Source: Candidatus Helarchaeota archaeon
Lineage (GTDB): Archaea > Asgardarchaeota > Lokiarchaeia > Helarchaeales > RDOG01
Direction: 5' to 3'
NCBI GenBank assembly: GCA_019058315.1
Contig: JAHPZH010000004.1
Span: forward strand, 64,001-128,000
DNA length: 64,000 nt
A program made the translations under genes and the position numbers. Positions 10,880 through 20,812 of the stretch are shown one piece after another. Below the pieces are notes generated by a model. That model was not told the DNA's origin. It made no database searches and saw only the letters and a list, made by a program, of their open reading frames with translations. Positions within the stretch are counted from its first letter, which is position 1. Each line of letters starts with the position of its first letter.

Positions 10880-11587
10880 TTGGACTTCAGACTAAAAGTA
10901 AAGGAAGCATACGATCGAATTTCGGAAAAATATGACCAAATTAGACGCCAACCCTGGAAAGATTTAATTAAATTCATTGAAGAAAATCAATTTCTAGCGG
11001 ATTGTGGTATCTTATTAGATTTAGCATGTGGAAATGGGCGACATACAAATTTATTAGCTGATGCATGTGGTCTCTCTATAGGATTAGAATTATCTGGTGA
11101 ATTATTAAAAATTGCAAAATCAAATTATAAGACTCATAATACATGTTTTATTAATGCGGATGCACTTTATTTGCCGTTTAGAGATAGATCTTTTTCTAAT
11201 ATCATCTATATAGCTGCCATCCACCATCTTTCCAATACAACACATCGTGAGAAGTCTCTCTTAGAGCTTAAACGAGTTCTCAATCCAACTGGAAAAGCTA
11301 TTATCACAGCTTGGAGGCGTTTTCAAGAAGAATTCATTATTATTTTTTTAATTGACCTCCTATTTTTGAACTTTAAGATGCGAGGATTGGAATTCGGAGA
11401 TATATTCATCCCTTGGCATGGACAAGACAAAAAAGTGATTGCAAACCGTTTTTACCACCTTTTTACAATGAGAGAGATGAAAAAAATCTTAAATAAATCT
11501 AAATTGAAAATATTAGAATGTAAATACTTTAGTGGTAAAACTGGAGTAAATAACATTATTACAATGTTCGAAAAAAAAATTAAATAA
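10880..11587 (+). CDS. Class I SAM methyltransferase, Trm9/ALKBH8-like
   Basis: DLACGNGR, IAAIHHL, D.FIPW, RFYHLF. Confidence 0.75.
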   Translation: MDFRLKVKEAYDRISEKYDQIRRQPWKDLIKFIEENQFLADCGILLDLACGNGRHTNLLADACGLSIGLELSGELLKIAKSNYKTHNTCFINADALYLPFRDRSFSNIIYIAAIHHLSNTTHREKSLLELKRVLNPTGKAIITAWRRFQEEFIIIFLIDLLFLNFKMRGLEFGDIFIPWHGQDKKVIANRFYHLFTMREMKKILNKSKLKILECKYFSGKTGVNNIITMFEKKIK

Positions 11588-11643
11588 TAAAAAAATTGAA
11601 AGTCTAGTTCTAAATATTATATGGTTTTTGAGAGGTAAGAAAA

Positions 11644-12093
11644 TTGTCGATTCAAGACCCGCTACAAGAGCTTTTTCAACTAATTAGGAACCTCAAATCT
11701 TTTACTAATGTAGATACTGATCCTATATTAGAAAAAATTAAATCTCTCCTTGAAAGAATTTATGATCTTTTCTTAGGTCTTCAAGGATTTAATCGGAAAA
11801 AGCAATTAGCGATTTTAAGACTTGCACATTTATTTCCTGAGACTTTGACCACTGTTGAATTACGAGAAATTATGGAATACTCCGATAAAACTTCTTTATC
11901 CTATGTTCGTAACGAATTAAAAGATTTGGAAACTGCAAACCTTATTGTGGTAAAAAAATATGCTGATAAAAAACTTCCATATCAAATTCAAATAAACCAT
12001 AAACATCCATTAATGAGTGTTTTAATTTCACTTAGTAATTTTGGGAAAGGTTATAAGGATTTAATTAAGGATATGGTGAAGAAAGATGAGTGA
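11644..12093 (+). CDS. Hypothetical protein, probable winged-helix
   Basis: GAGGT SD plus TTG; wHTH-like segment LTTVELRE...YVRNELKDLE.ANLI. Confidence 0.55.
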   Translation: MSIQDPLQELFQLIRNLKSFTNVDTDPILEKIKSLLERIYDLFLGLQGFNRKKQLAILRLAHLFPETLTTVELREIMEYSDKTSLSYVRNELKDLETANLIVVKKYADKKLPYQIQINHKHPLMSVLISLSNFGKGYKDLIKDMVKKDE

Positions 12094-12781
12094 AGACCCA
12101 GAACTCAAACTATTTCCACGAAAAATTCGAAATTATCTCATTATGCGTGTCACTATAATATATATTATCGTGGGGGGAGTAAGTATATTAATGGGTTTTG
12201 CTTTTGACGATTTAATTTCTACTTCATTTGATCCTAACATAGGACCACTTGTATTAACTCTAATTATTATTGGTTTTGTGTTTGGGATTAACTTATCACT
12301 CCAAGCATGGACTCAATTTTACCCATTTCCAAAAGAACTCGAAGATTTGATTAAAAGAGCAGGTCTAAAAGTAAGAAAAAAGAAATTTTATCAATTTGGT
12401 TTTTTTAGAAGAACACGTATTTATCCTACAGAAAATACGTTTATAAAAATTGGATTAGAAGTAAAATATTTTCCTTTTTTAGAATTAAGGAAAGGAACAT
12501 GTAAAATAAACATGATAACACAAAAATTGTGCGATGCAAGTGATCCAATTTGTAGCAGAATAGTCCAAGACATTGCAGAAAAAAATTTATTAGCTTGGAA
12601 AAATCCAAATGAAATCCGCAAAGCTCGAGTTGTTAATAAATTAGGAGAATTACATTTCAAAACCTCTTGTAGCCCTGAAGAGGCTATAAGTCGTTTATTC
12701 CAAATGAGTAAAGCGATCAAGGAATGGGAAGCAGCAATATCAAAAATAAGCAAACTAGTGACTAGTTCTGATATTATTTAA
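12086..12781 (+). CDS. Hypothetical protein with two N-terminal TM helices
   Basis: Overlaps the upstream stop; two hydrophobic segments. Confidence 0.65.
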   Translation: MSEDPELKLFPRKIRNYLIMRVTIIYIIVGGVSILMGFAFDDLISTSFDPNIGPLVLTLIIIGFVFGINLSLQAWTQFYPFPKELEDLIKRAGLKVRKKKFYQFGFFRRTRIYPTENTFIKIGLEVKYFPFLELRKGTCKINMITQKLCDASDPICSRIVQDIAEKNLLAWKNPNEIRKARVVNKLGELHFKTSCSPEEAISRLFQMSKAIKEWEAAISKISKLVTSSDII

Positions 12782-12799
12782 TCTTTTTTTGGATCCTAA

Positions 12800-13435
12800 T
12801 TATTTTAAATTTTCCAAAACATTTTCAATATTATTAAATATTTCCTCGATTTTCCCAATCCCATTGATTTCTTCCAATAATTTTTTTTTCTTGTAGTAAT
12901 TTATAAGTGGTTCTGTTTGTTCATGATAGGTATTAATTCGTTTTATAACAATTTCTTCTTTATCATCTTCCCTATGAATTAAAGAAGTTCCACAAATATC
13001 ACAAATACCCTTTTTTTTAGGGGGTACAAATACTAAATTATATAATTTTCCACACTTGGGGCAATTTCTCCTACTAGATAGTCTATTTACTAATTCTTTG
13101 AAAGGTACATTAATATATAAAACTATATTAATTACGTCCAATTTATCTAATTCAAATGCTTGAATTAATGTTCTAGGAAAACCATCAAAGACATAACCAT
13201 TCTTATAGTCAGATTTTTCTAATAATTCTTTTATTATAGCGATTACTATATCATCTGGAGCTAATTTTCCATCATTAATATATTCCTTTACTTTTTCCCC
13301 TATCTTAGTTCTTTCTCTAATTTCCTTTCTTAATATATCACCAGTTGATATTAGTGGAATATCATATTTCTTTGATATTTTCTTTGCTTGCGTACCTTTG
13401 CCAGCGCCTGGTGGTCCTAGCATGATAATTTTCAA
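12800..13435 (-). CDS. adk: Adenylate kinase (bacterial-type, Zn-lid), copy 2
   Basis: GPPGAGKGTQA, STGD.LR, DGFPRT, CxxC...CxxC lid. Confidence 0.92.
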   Translation of the reverse strand: MKIIMLGPPGAGKGTQAKKISKKYDIPLISTGDILRKEIRERTKIGEKVKEYINDGKLAPDDIVIAIIKELLEKSDYKNGYVFDGFPRTLIQAFELDKLDVINIVLYINVPFKELVNRLSSRRNCPKCGKLYNLVFVPPKKKGICDICGTSLIHREDDKEEIVIKRINTYHEQTEPLINYYKKKKLLEEINGIGKIEEIFNNIENVLENLK

Positions 13436-13490
13436 ATTAATTTACTCTTTAAGTTGATTTTTTCTATTTAAAAATATTAAAAAAAGTGAA

Positions 13491-14138
13491 TTAATTCAAT
13501 CTGTCAAGAGCTTTTGATATATCACTGGCTATTATGTCAATGCTTCCTGTACCATTAATATCTTGTAATAAATTCTTCGTTCTATAATATTTTATTAGTG
13601 GTTCAGACTGATTTTGATATGTTTTAATTCTATTTCTTACGACGAGCTCTTGATCATCATCCCTTTGAACTAATATATTCATACATGAATCGCATATCCA
13701 GTTACCTTGAACTTTCTTGTTCGGTGGTGTATATTTCAAATTATAAACTGCTCCACATTTAGGGCAACTCCAGCGACCAGCAAGTCTATGCACAAGTTCC
13801 TCAAATGGAACATCGATGAAAATGACTATGTCAATCTTCTCAATTTTATTTAATGCTTCTGCTTGATGTATAGTGCGAGGAAATCCATCCAAAATATATC
13901 CATTTTTACAATCCGGTTGATCTAATCGTTCTTTTATAATCCCAATTACCAATTCATCAGGGACTAACTGTCCTGATTCCATATAACCTTTTGCCGTTTT
14001 TCCTAATTCTGTTCCTTCTCTAACAGCTTGGCGTAGCATATCTCCTGTAGATAAATGAACAACATTATAGTTTTCAACTATTTTTCTTGCTTGAGTCCCC
14101 TTTCCAGCTCCAGGTGGTCCGAGTAATATAATTTTCAT
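13491..14138 (-). CDS. adk: Adenylate kinase (bacterial-type, Zn-lid), copy 1
   Basis: GPPGAGKGTQA, STGDMLR, LDGFPRT, CxxC...CxxC, QRDDD. Confidence 0.93.
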   Translation of the reverse strand: MKIILLGPPGAGKGTQARKIVENYNVVHLSTGDMLRQAVREGTELGKTAKGYMESGQLVPDELVIGIIKERLDQPDCKNGYILDGFPRTIHQAEALNKIEKIDIVIFIDVPFEELVHRLAGRWSCPKCGAVYNLKYTPPNKKVQGNWICDSCMNILVQRDDDQELVVRNRIKTYQNQSEPLIKYYRTKNLLQDINGTGSIDIIASDISKALDRLN

Positions 14139-14240
14139 TTGAAATCCTCTTTTTTTATAGTAAATTAATTAAATTTATATAATCAGATGAAAATAACAAA
14201 ATAAATTTTAAAAATCTTTGTTTCTAACAAGGTAATTTAC

Positions 14241-14756
14241 GTGGAAATTTTTGCTCATCTATTATGGACATACATCATTCTATATCAGCCAGATTGGAAA
14301 TTATTACTTTTATTGGAATTTTTTGGTATATTTCCTGATTTAATCACATTTTTCCCTATTGCAATTGATGATATTTCAAAAAGGAAAACTCGTACAAAAA
14401 TCGATTTATCAGATCCTTCAGAAGTTCCTAATTTTTTCTTTACATTATATAATATATCCCATAGTTTTGTTACTTTTGGAATTTGCTTCTTGATATTGTA
14501 CATTTTTTTTGGTAACCTTGCATTCATTATAAGTTCTTGGGGAATGCATATTCTTTTTGACATGTTCTCCCACAGCATACCTAAAGATATTGTCCAAACA
14601 AAATTTTTGTACCCTATTACTCACTTTTCGTTTAAGGGTTATAGTTGGCAACACCGAAATGCTCTAATCATTAATTATTCCCTTATAGCAATTGGCTTAA
14701 TTCTTCGAATATTCTTTGTTAAAAACTATATTGACTTTGGAATATGTCTATCTTAA
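14241..14756 (+). CDS. Membrane metal-dependent hydrolase-like protein (YdjM-like)
   Basis: H...PDL...SHS...H...D pattern in TM helices. Confidence 0.6.
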   Translation: MEIFAHLLWTYIILYQPDWKLLLLLEFFGIFPDLITFFPIAIDDISKRKTRTKIDLSDPSEVPNFFFTLYNISHSFVTFGICFLILYIFFGNLAFIISSWGMHILFDMFSHSIPKDIVQTKFLYPITHFSFKGYSWQHRNALIINYSLIAIGLILRIFFVKNYIDFGICLS

Positions 14757-14795
14757 AAGCAAGGATATTAAAAAAAAAGAAAAAAATGGCATTTA

Positions 14796-15602
14796 TTATT
14801 CTGATTCCTTGAGGAAACATAACGCATTAATAACATTGATTATTCCAAGAGGAAGTAAACCAAGAAGAATATATAAATTATAGATATCACCGATTTCTGG
14901 GTCGATAAATAACCAATCTATACCAGTAAGAACAGTTCCTGTTGAGAAACCAAAGAAGGAAGGTGCATCACTTAATCCAGAAATAGAGAGATATGCTCTT
15001 TTCATTGAAAACGATAATTGTGCAGCCCTTGCATTCCAATAGATAGCAAAAGTTAAAACAAAAAGAATAATAGCTACTATTGTTAATAATCCCGCAATAA
15101 AAGATAGTTGTTCGTTGCTTTTCTCACTTTTTTTCCATATAGAATTAAAACCAAGAGTTGTAAAAACTATAGTAACAAAAATTGCTGAGATTCCAAAAGT
15201 ACCATGAATGCTAAAATTTATTTCGGTATATTTAAACCCAAAAATCTTTCCAATGGGTTTAAGTGTTTCACTTACGTAACCCACATAAGATAACAACAAA
15301 TGGCTTGCCATATTCCATAATCTTAGAGCATTATAGGAAAGTAATAAAACAACAGTTACTATAGAAACAATAAAAATGCCCCAAGCAACAATTTGATTGA
15401 TGTCTTTATAGTAATCATAAAGTCCGATTCCCATTAGTATAAAACCAACACCGATTAATATGAATTGAAGAATAACCATTGGGATACTTGTTCCTGCTCC
15501 GAGAAATACAAATTCAACTAAGACGGCTAGAATTAAGTAAGCAGAAATTAAAAAACATCCAATTGCAGCGAGAAATAATTTATTTTTTAATTTTTCAGCC
15601 AT
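14796..15602 (-). CDS. Hypothetical multi-pass membrane protein
   Basis: About 6 hydrophobic helices. Confidence 0.65.
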   Translation of the reverse strand: MAEKLKNKLFLAAIGCFLISAYLILAVLVEFVFLGAGTSIPMVILQFILIGVGFILMGIGLYDYYKDINQIVAWGIFIVSIVTVVLLLSYNALRLWNMASHLLLSYVGYVSETLKPIGKIFGFKYTEINFSIHGTFGISAIFVTIVFTTLGFNSIWKKSEKSNEQLSFIAGLLTIVAIILFVLTFAIYWNARAAQLSFSMKRAYLSISGLSDAPSFFGFSTGTVLTGIDWLFIDPEIGDIYNLYILLGLLPLGIINVINALCFLKESE

Positions 15603-15703
15603 TATAATACACCCAAAGATATATTTGTTTAATTTATATTAGGGAAATTTTATTTAAAATATTGTAGTTTTATCAAATATTATACAAAATTTGGAGTTCA
15701 GCT

Positions 15704-16915
15704 GTGTCAGACCAAAAATTCTCTGATTGGGATTTTAAAGGAGTAGATACTAAATATTCTACCCACGGAATTCATTATTACCCAGCCAGGATGATCCCAC
15801 AAATAGCTAACCGTCTGATATGTAATTATTCAAAACCTTATGATTTAATCCTTGATCCATTTTGTGGATCAGGGACTGTATTATTAGAATGTAAATTATT
15901 AAATCGAAATTCAATTGGATTTGATATCAATCCACTTGCTTATTTGTTGTCCAGTGTCAAAATAACTCCTCTGACCAATTTTGATTCAAAATTTCCAGAA
16001 TCTATTTTTAAGAAATTAAAAATTAGAATCCCAGAGAGAGAAATGAATAAATTTTTACCTAAATTTAAAAATTTAAAGTACTGGTTCACCGAAAAATCAA
16101 TAAAAGCTCTGTTAATTATTAAATATTTCTTATTTACTGAAAGTTTACCAAGAAAAATTTTAAATTTTCTCAAAATATGTTTTTCCAAGACTGTCCAAGA
16201 GGTTTCTAAAGGTGTATTCGATGGGAGCTCTACTCATTTAAAGAAAAATTTACAGAATTTTTCTCCAAATGTATTTGAAGTTTTTAAGAAAAATATGATT
16301 GAAACGCTAGAAAAGATGAAAGAATTAAAGGAATTAAATAATTCATTGGAAACTTTAGCACTATCTTGTGATTCAAGGAATATTCCTTTAAAAGAAGATT
16401 CAACGGATTGCATAATTACTTCACCTCCTTATGGAGAAGAACAAAATACAATTGGTTATATGAGATGGACGAAATTTTCGTTATATTGGTTAGACTATAC
16501 TCCAGATGAATTACAAAAATTGAAAAAAAAGACGTTAGGATCAAGGAGCAATAATGAGATTTTAGTTAGATCTAAATACCTGCTTGATTATATTAACACT
16601 CTTAAAATATCCGAAAAAAGAATGGAATATGTTAAATCTTTTTTCTTTGATTATTTATTATGTCTAACGGAAATGTTTCGTACATTAAAACCTAATAAAT
16701 TTTGTTGCATTGTTATCGGGAACAGAACAATTGCTAAAAAACCATTATTTTTAGATAGAATAACCCTTGACTTGACTGCTAGTATCGGGTTTGAACATGT
16801 GAATACATATTTCAGACAAATTCCTACAAAAGCAATTCCTTGGAAAGGAATTTCTGGCAAAACAATTAAAAAAGAAAACATAATAATTCTAAAAAAACCA
16901 AAGAGAATCGATTAA
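15704..16915 (+). CDS. N4-cytosine/N6-adenine DNA methyltransferase (motif I before SPPY), apparently orphan
   Basis: TH..H.YPA.MIP, DPFCGSGT, ITSPPY. Confidence 0.88.
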   Translation: MSDQKFSDWDFKGVDTKYSTHGIHYYPARMIPQIANRLICNYSKPYDLILDPFCGSGTVLLECKLLNRNSIGFDINPLAYLLSSVKITPLTNFDSKFPESIFKKLKIRIPEREMNKFLPKFKNLKYWFTEKSIKALLIIKYFLFTESLPRKILNFLKICFSKTVQEVSKGVFDGSSTHLKKNLQNFSPNVFEVFKKNMIETLEKMKELKELNNSLETLALSCDSRNIPLKEDSTDCIITSPPYGEEQNTIGYMRWTKFSLYWLDYTPDELQKLKKKTLGSRSNNEILVRSKYLLDYINTLKISEKRMEYVKSFFFDYLLCLTEMFRTLKPNKFCCIVIGNRTIAKKPLFLDRITLDLTASIGFEHVNTYFRQIPTKAIPWKGISGKTIKKENIIILKKPKRID

Positions 16916-16927
16916 AATTATAAATTA

Positions 16928-17548
16928 TTAAAGAGCTTTTTTTAATTTAATATACCCTTGTTTTTGATATTGGCGAATAATTTGATTTACATACAATCGA
17001 GTCTTGTTACTCTCTTTCATTATATATTCAACATCATTTTCCCCATTACATAAATTCAAAACAGTGGCATGTTCAATTGGGATTTTTATTTCACCTAAAT
17101 CTTTTACTAATAAGGGCACAAATTTACTTTTTTTCTTTTTAACTTCCACTTGTTCTTTTACTGGAGCTTTTTCAATTTCCTCTTCAATAGGCTTTTTAAT
17201 ATCGCCAATACTTGAATCAATTTTGGGGATATACTTATGCATAATAGGTTTAAATGCTAGAAGTTGTCCTAATGCTCCTTTTTTGGTATGTAGAATAACC
17301 ATCGCCTTTTCACTGATTTTAAAAAAAATCATATTTATTCCACTTAGTGGGACTGAATGATCCCCTACTTTGAGCATTGGATAAGTCGTAGCCAAAAAAT
17401 CTTTAATTAAATCCGTATATTCCCCCAATTCAGAATCAATGTAACATATTTCTCCATTTGCATTCACGATAGCACAATATGGTCTTACAGTTAATAATGC
17501 ACCTAATTCTGAAGCAATTTCCCTTGAAATCTTGTAAAATTCTGACAT
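16928..17548 (-). CDS. Hypothetical protein: alpha/beta N-terminal domain plus C-terminal winged helix
   Basis: 206-aa ORF; VL.LC.G...V..I......V..II..Y...GYI C-terminus is wHTH-like. Confidence 0.55.
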   Translation of the reverse strand: MSEFYKISREIASELGALLTVRPYCAIVNANGEICYIDSELGEYTDLIKDFLATTYPMLKVGDHSVPLSGINMIFFKISEKAMVILHTKKGALGQLLAFKPIMHKYIPKIDSSIGDIKKPIEEEIEKAPVKEQVEVKKKKSKFVPLLVKDLGEIKIPIEHATVLNLCNGENDVEYIMKESNKTRLYVNQIIRQYQKQGYIKLKKAL

Positions 17549-17680
17549 TTACCAATCGTCAAATAAATGAGTTTAAATTTATTAAAATAATGAAAACTAA
17601 TTGATATATGAATTTTTATAATCTTAAATTAAAATTTCACTTTATTAATTTTGCAAGAATATTAGGTTTGGTTGGAAATA

Positions 17681-18426
17681 ATGAATGTAAAAATAATAAT
17701 GAAAGAAGAAATCCAGTTTAAAGATTGCATATTTATTACTGGTTTCTATGGCCTTGGCGCTACAGGATATAAATAGTTTTTCTGTTTACTTGAAATATCG
17801 CCATCCGTCATATGGTCGAAGCCTTAGATGTAAAAAGTATTGGGTATATGGAAACTGATCAGCTTCCAAGTTTCGTTAGCCTTGAAAATAATCGCCTCTC
17901 TTTGCCATTTGAATTTTTTAAATATGAAAATTTGGTGATTTTTCTTGCAAAGGTTCAACCTGCCCAATCGGAAATTAATGAAATAACCAAAACACTTGTC
18001 AATTGGGTTGTTACAAATAAATTTTCTGAAAGTATCTTAATTGGTGGTTTGGATTCTAAATTAAAAGAAGAGGATGATGAAACGCATAAAATTGTGCCTA
18101 CAAAAACATTCTCAAATCCCGAGAGGATAGGGTCTAACTTAGATAAAGGATTATTTGTAACTGGTCCACTAGCTCTTATGCTCATATATTTTGAAATGAT
18201 GAATTTTCCTGCATGTGCAATATTACCCTACTGTGAACGTGAACGGCCAGACCCTCGAGCAGCAGCAACCGCAATTCAAATATTAAACAAGCTATATCCA
18301 AAATTGAAAATCGATTTGGAAAAATTATATGGCGATGCTAAAAAGATTGAAGAAGAAATTGGATTAATACTTAAACAAGAGCGAGAAATGAGAGAACGTG
18401 AAGAACCTGGTGGGATGTACGTATAA
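17681..18426 (+). CDS. PAC2-family proteasome assembly chaperone/activator (PbaB-like); two exons, join(17681..17768,17795..18426), 239 aa
   Basis: Exon 1 encodes MNVKIIMKEEIQFKDCIFITGFYGLGATG(Y); exon 2 continues IAIRHMVEAL...IGG...PDPRAA...GGMYV (HbYX tail). The ORF track finds only the exon-2 part. Confidence 0.9.
17769..17794 (+). other. 26-nt bulge-helix-bulge (tRNA-type) intron in an mRNA
   Basis: Outer helix 17755-62/17796-803 (7 of 8 pairs), central 4-bp helix CAGG 17763-66/CUUG 17789-92, bulges AUA 17767-69 and AAA 17793-95, inner helix UAAAUAG/CUGUUUA with U5 loop; removal restores frame and motif. Confidence 0.88.
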
Positions 18427-18492
18427 ACAAAAATTTTTTTAATTTGTAAATTATTAAGAAATAAGAAATGAAATTATTTAGGATATGATTTA

Positions 18493-19953
18493 ATGGAAGG
18501 AAAAAAAAAGCGGGTTACCAGATCTAAAATTGTGTGCACTATAGGACCCGCTAGTAATTCTGAACAGATGATTCGTGAATTAATTAACGCTGGCATGGAT
18601 GTAGCTAGATTAAATTTATCCCATGGAACACATGAAAGCCATACAGAAACTTTTAATAGAATTAGGAATGTATCAGAGAAAATTGCCATTTTATTTGATA
18701 TTCAAGGTCCTAAAATTCGTATTGGAGATATTAAGGACAAAAAAACCTACTTTTTAAAATTAGGTGACCAATTTACACTAACATCGAGAGATATTGAAGG
18801 GAATAACGAAATTGTTTCAGTAAGTTATAAGAAATTACCTGCAGAAGTTGACCCTGGAGATTTACTTTATATTAATGATGGGCTAGTTGGTCTTAAAGTT
18901 TTAGAAGTTACTAATGGAACTGATATTAAATGTGAAGTTATAACAGGTGGGGAGATATCAAGCCATAAAGGTATTAATGCTCCAAACGTTAAAATTACTG
19001 CAAAGGTTCCTACTGAAAAAGATATCGCAGATTTAAAATTAGCTGCTAGGTTAAAACCGGATTATATAGCTGCTTCCTTTGTTTCATCAGCAAATGATGT
19101 CGAAAATGTTAAAAAAGTGATACTTGAGGAAGGGATTAGTGTTCCTATAATAAGTAAAATTGAACGCCCTATTGCAGTAAAAGATTTTGATTCCATTTTA
19201 GAGGCTTCTGATGGAATTATGGTTGCTCGTGGCGATTTAGGAGTGGAGGTGCAAAGCGAAAATGTTCCTGGTCTCCAAAAAAATATGATAAGGAAATGTA
19301 ATCGAGTCGGAAAACCTGTAATATGCGCAACACAAATGTTGGACTCAATGCAATGGAACCCTATACCTACCCGGGCTGAAGCTAGTGATGTCTTCAACGC
19401 CATTTTCGATGGTGCAGACGCCGTTATGCTTTCTGGAGAAACAGCGGTCGGAGATTATCCTTTAGAATCAATTAAAATGATGGAAAAGATTATTATCAAT
19501 GCCGAAAATTCCATGCCTCCACTAGATTTATATCAATATGATTCTAAAAGCCCATCAAATTCTGAAATTCTTGCCCATGCAGGATTAGTAATATTAAGAC
19601 TAATTGAACATCATAGAAAATCAAAATTAGACGCCATAGTTGTCATAACTCGTTCGGGCCATACTGCAAAAATGATTTCGAAATTTAGACCTAATACTCC
19701 TATTTTCGCTGTAACATTTGATAAAGCAATTTACAGAAAATTATTTTTGCTGTGGGGTGTTGAGGCTTTCATTATCAAACAGTTATCGGATTTAGATTCC
19801 ATTAATAAATCTGCTGTCGAAACGGTATATAATCAAGGATATGTTTCAATGGACGATACTATATTAATTTCATCCGGATCAGACTTAGTTCCACATATGC
19901 AGACTACTTCTATTAGTCTATTTTCTGTAAAAGATATAATCTCTAAAGAATAA
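18493..19953 (+). CDS. pyk: Pyruvate kinase
   Basis: KIVCTIGPAS, ARLN.SHG, D.QGPKIR, SKIE, MVARGDLGVE, ATQMLDSM, PTRAE.SDV, MLSGETA.G. Confidence 0.97.
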   Translation: MEGKKKRVTRSKIVCTIGPASNSEQMIRELINAGMDVARLNLSHGTHESHTETFNRIRNVSEKIAILFDIQGPKIRIGDIKDKKTYFLKLGDQFTLTSRDIEGNNEIVSVSYKKLPAEVDPGDLLYINDGLVGLKVLEVTNGTDIKCEVITGGEISSHKGINAPNVKITAKVPTEKDIADLKLAARLKPDYIAASFVSSANDVENVKKVILEEGISVPIISKIERPIAVKDFDSILEASDGIMVARGDLGVEVQSENVPGLQKNMIRKCNRVGKPVICATQMLDSMQWNPIPTRAEASDVFNAIFDGADAVMLSGETAVGDYPLESIKMMEKIIINAENSMPPLDLYQYDSKSPSNSEILAHAGLVILRLIEHHRKSKLDAIVVITRSGHTAKMISKFRPNTPIFAVTFDKAIYRKLFLLWGVEAFIIKQLSDLDSINKSAVETVYNQGYVSMDDTILISSGSDLVPHMQTTSISLFSVKDIISKE

Positions 19954-20001
19954 ATAGAATACAAAATTATTTTTTAAATCTTCAAATTTCGTAAATATAC
20001 A

Positions 20002-20619
20002 TTAGCCTGGTCCATAAATTCTTTCAGTTTCCTCTTTCAAATATCTTTTTATAATTTCATAAAATTTTATCGAAGCTTCTATTATATCTATTCTTATTAT
20101 CCCAGGAACAGCGACAATACCCCTATTTTCTCTAAGAAAATCACATATTTTATCGTATATTCCAATCTCCTTATTAGTGAGTTTTATTACCTCTTCTTTA
20201 GTTGGGATTCCTGATTTTAATATTTCGTCATAGGTCTCCCCTGTCCCCTGTAATACATGATAATCATTAAAGACTTTGTGTCTAAAAGTGTCTTTTAGTA
20301 ATTGTTTAGCCTCCTCAAATTTCCTGTGACGTTTTCGAAAATTTGTATAATTTCCATCACTTTTTAGATATGCTTTAAAGTTCTCCTCAATTAATGGGTC
20401 AAATGTCCCTTCGGAACCATCCCACTGGGAGGCAACATTAAGGATAAGTTCTTTTTGTTTCATGATTTTTGCCTCAGTATCTGGTCCTATTATTATTTTA
20501 AAGATTTGATCTAATGGCAATATATCGCTTTTTTTCCTAAAGAAATCTTCAAGTTCTTTCATAATTTTTTTTAATAAGTTCGCATAAAAATTTACGATTA
20601 TTCGGATTTTATCTTCCAT
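20002..20619 (-). CDS. Hypothetical helical protein, paralog of 20813-21427
   Basis: Shared F...IGP, L.D..R......L.GTG and VPG.IR.DII.A segments. Confidence 0.7.
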   Translation of the reverse strand: MEDKIRIIVNFYANLLKKIMKELEDFFRKKSDILPLDQIFKIIIGPDTEAKIMKQKELILNVASQWDGSEGTFDPLIEENFKAYLKSDGNYTNFRKRHRKFEEAKQLLKDTFRHKVFNDYHVLQGTGETYDEILKSGIPTKEEVIKLTNKEIGIYDKICDFLRENRGIVAVPGIIRIDIIEASIKFYEIIKRYLKEETERIYGPG

Positions 20620-20812
20620 TATATCTACTCCATTCTCAAGAGAAATTAGTATTTTTTGATTTGATGAATTATAGAATAAAAAATAGTAACAATCATATTT
20701 ATTTTATTTCATCAACTTTTCTAAAAAAAATTTAAGTAAAAAAGAACAGAGAAGACAAATAAAGGAGTAAAATTAGCTAAATCACAGTTTTTTCGTTCTA
20801 ATTCTCTATTTT

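Noticed and set aside
17812-18426. 204-aa ORF as the complete PAC2 gene, or the locus as a pseudogene
   Set aside because: It lacks the conserved N-terminal GFxGxG motif, which lies upstream. The interruption is precisely bounded by a BHB motif and both exons are otherwise intact.
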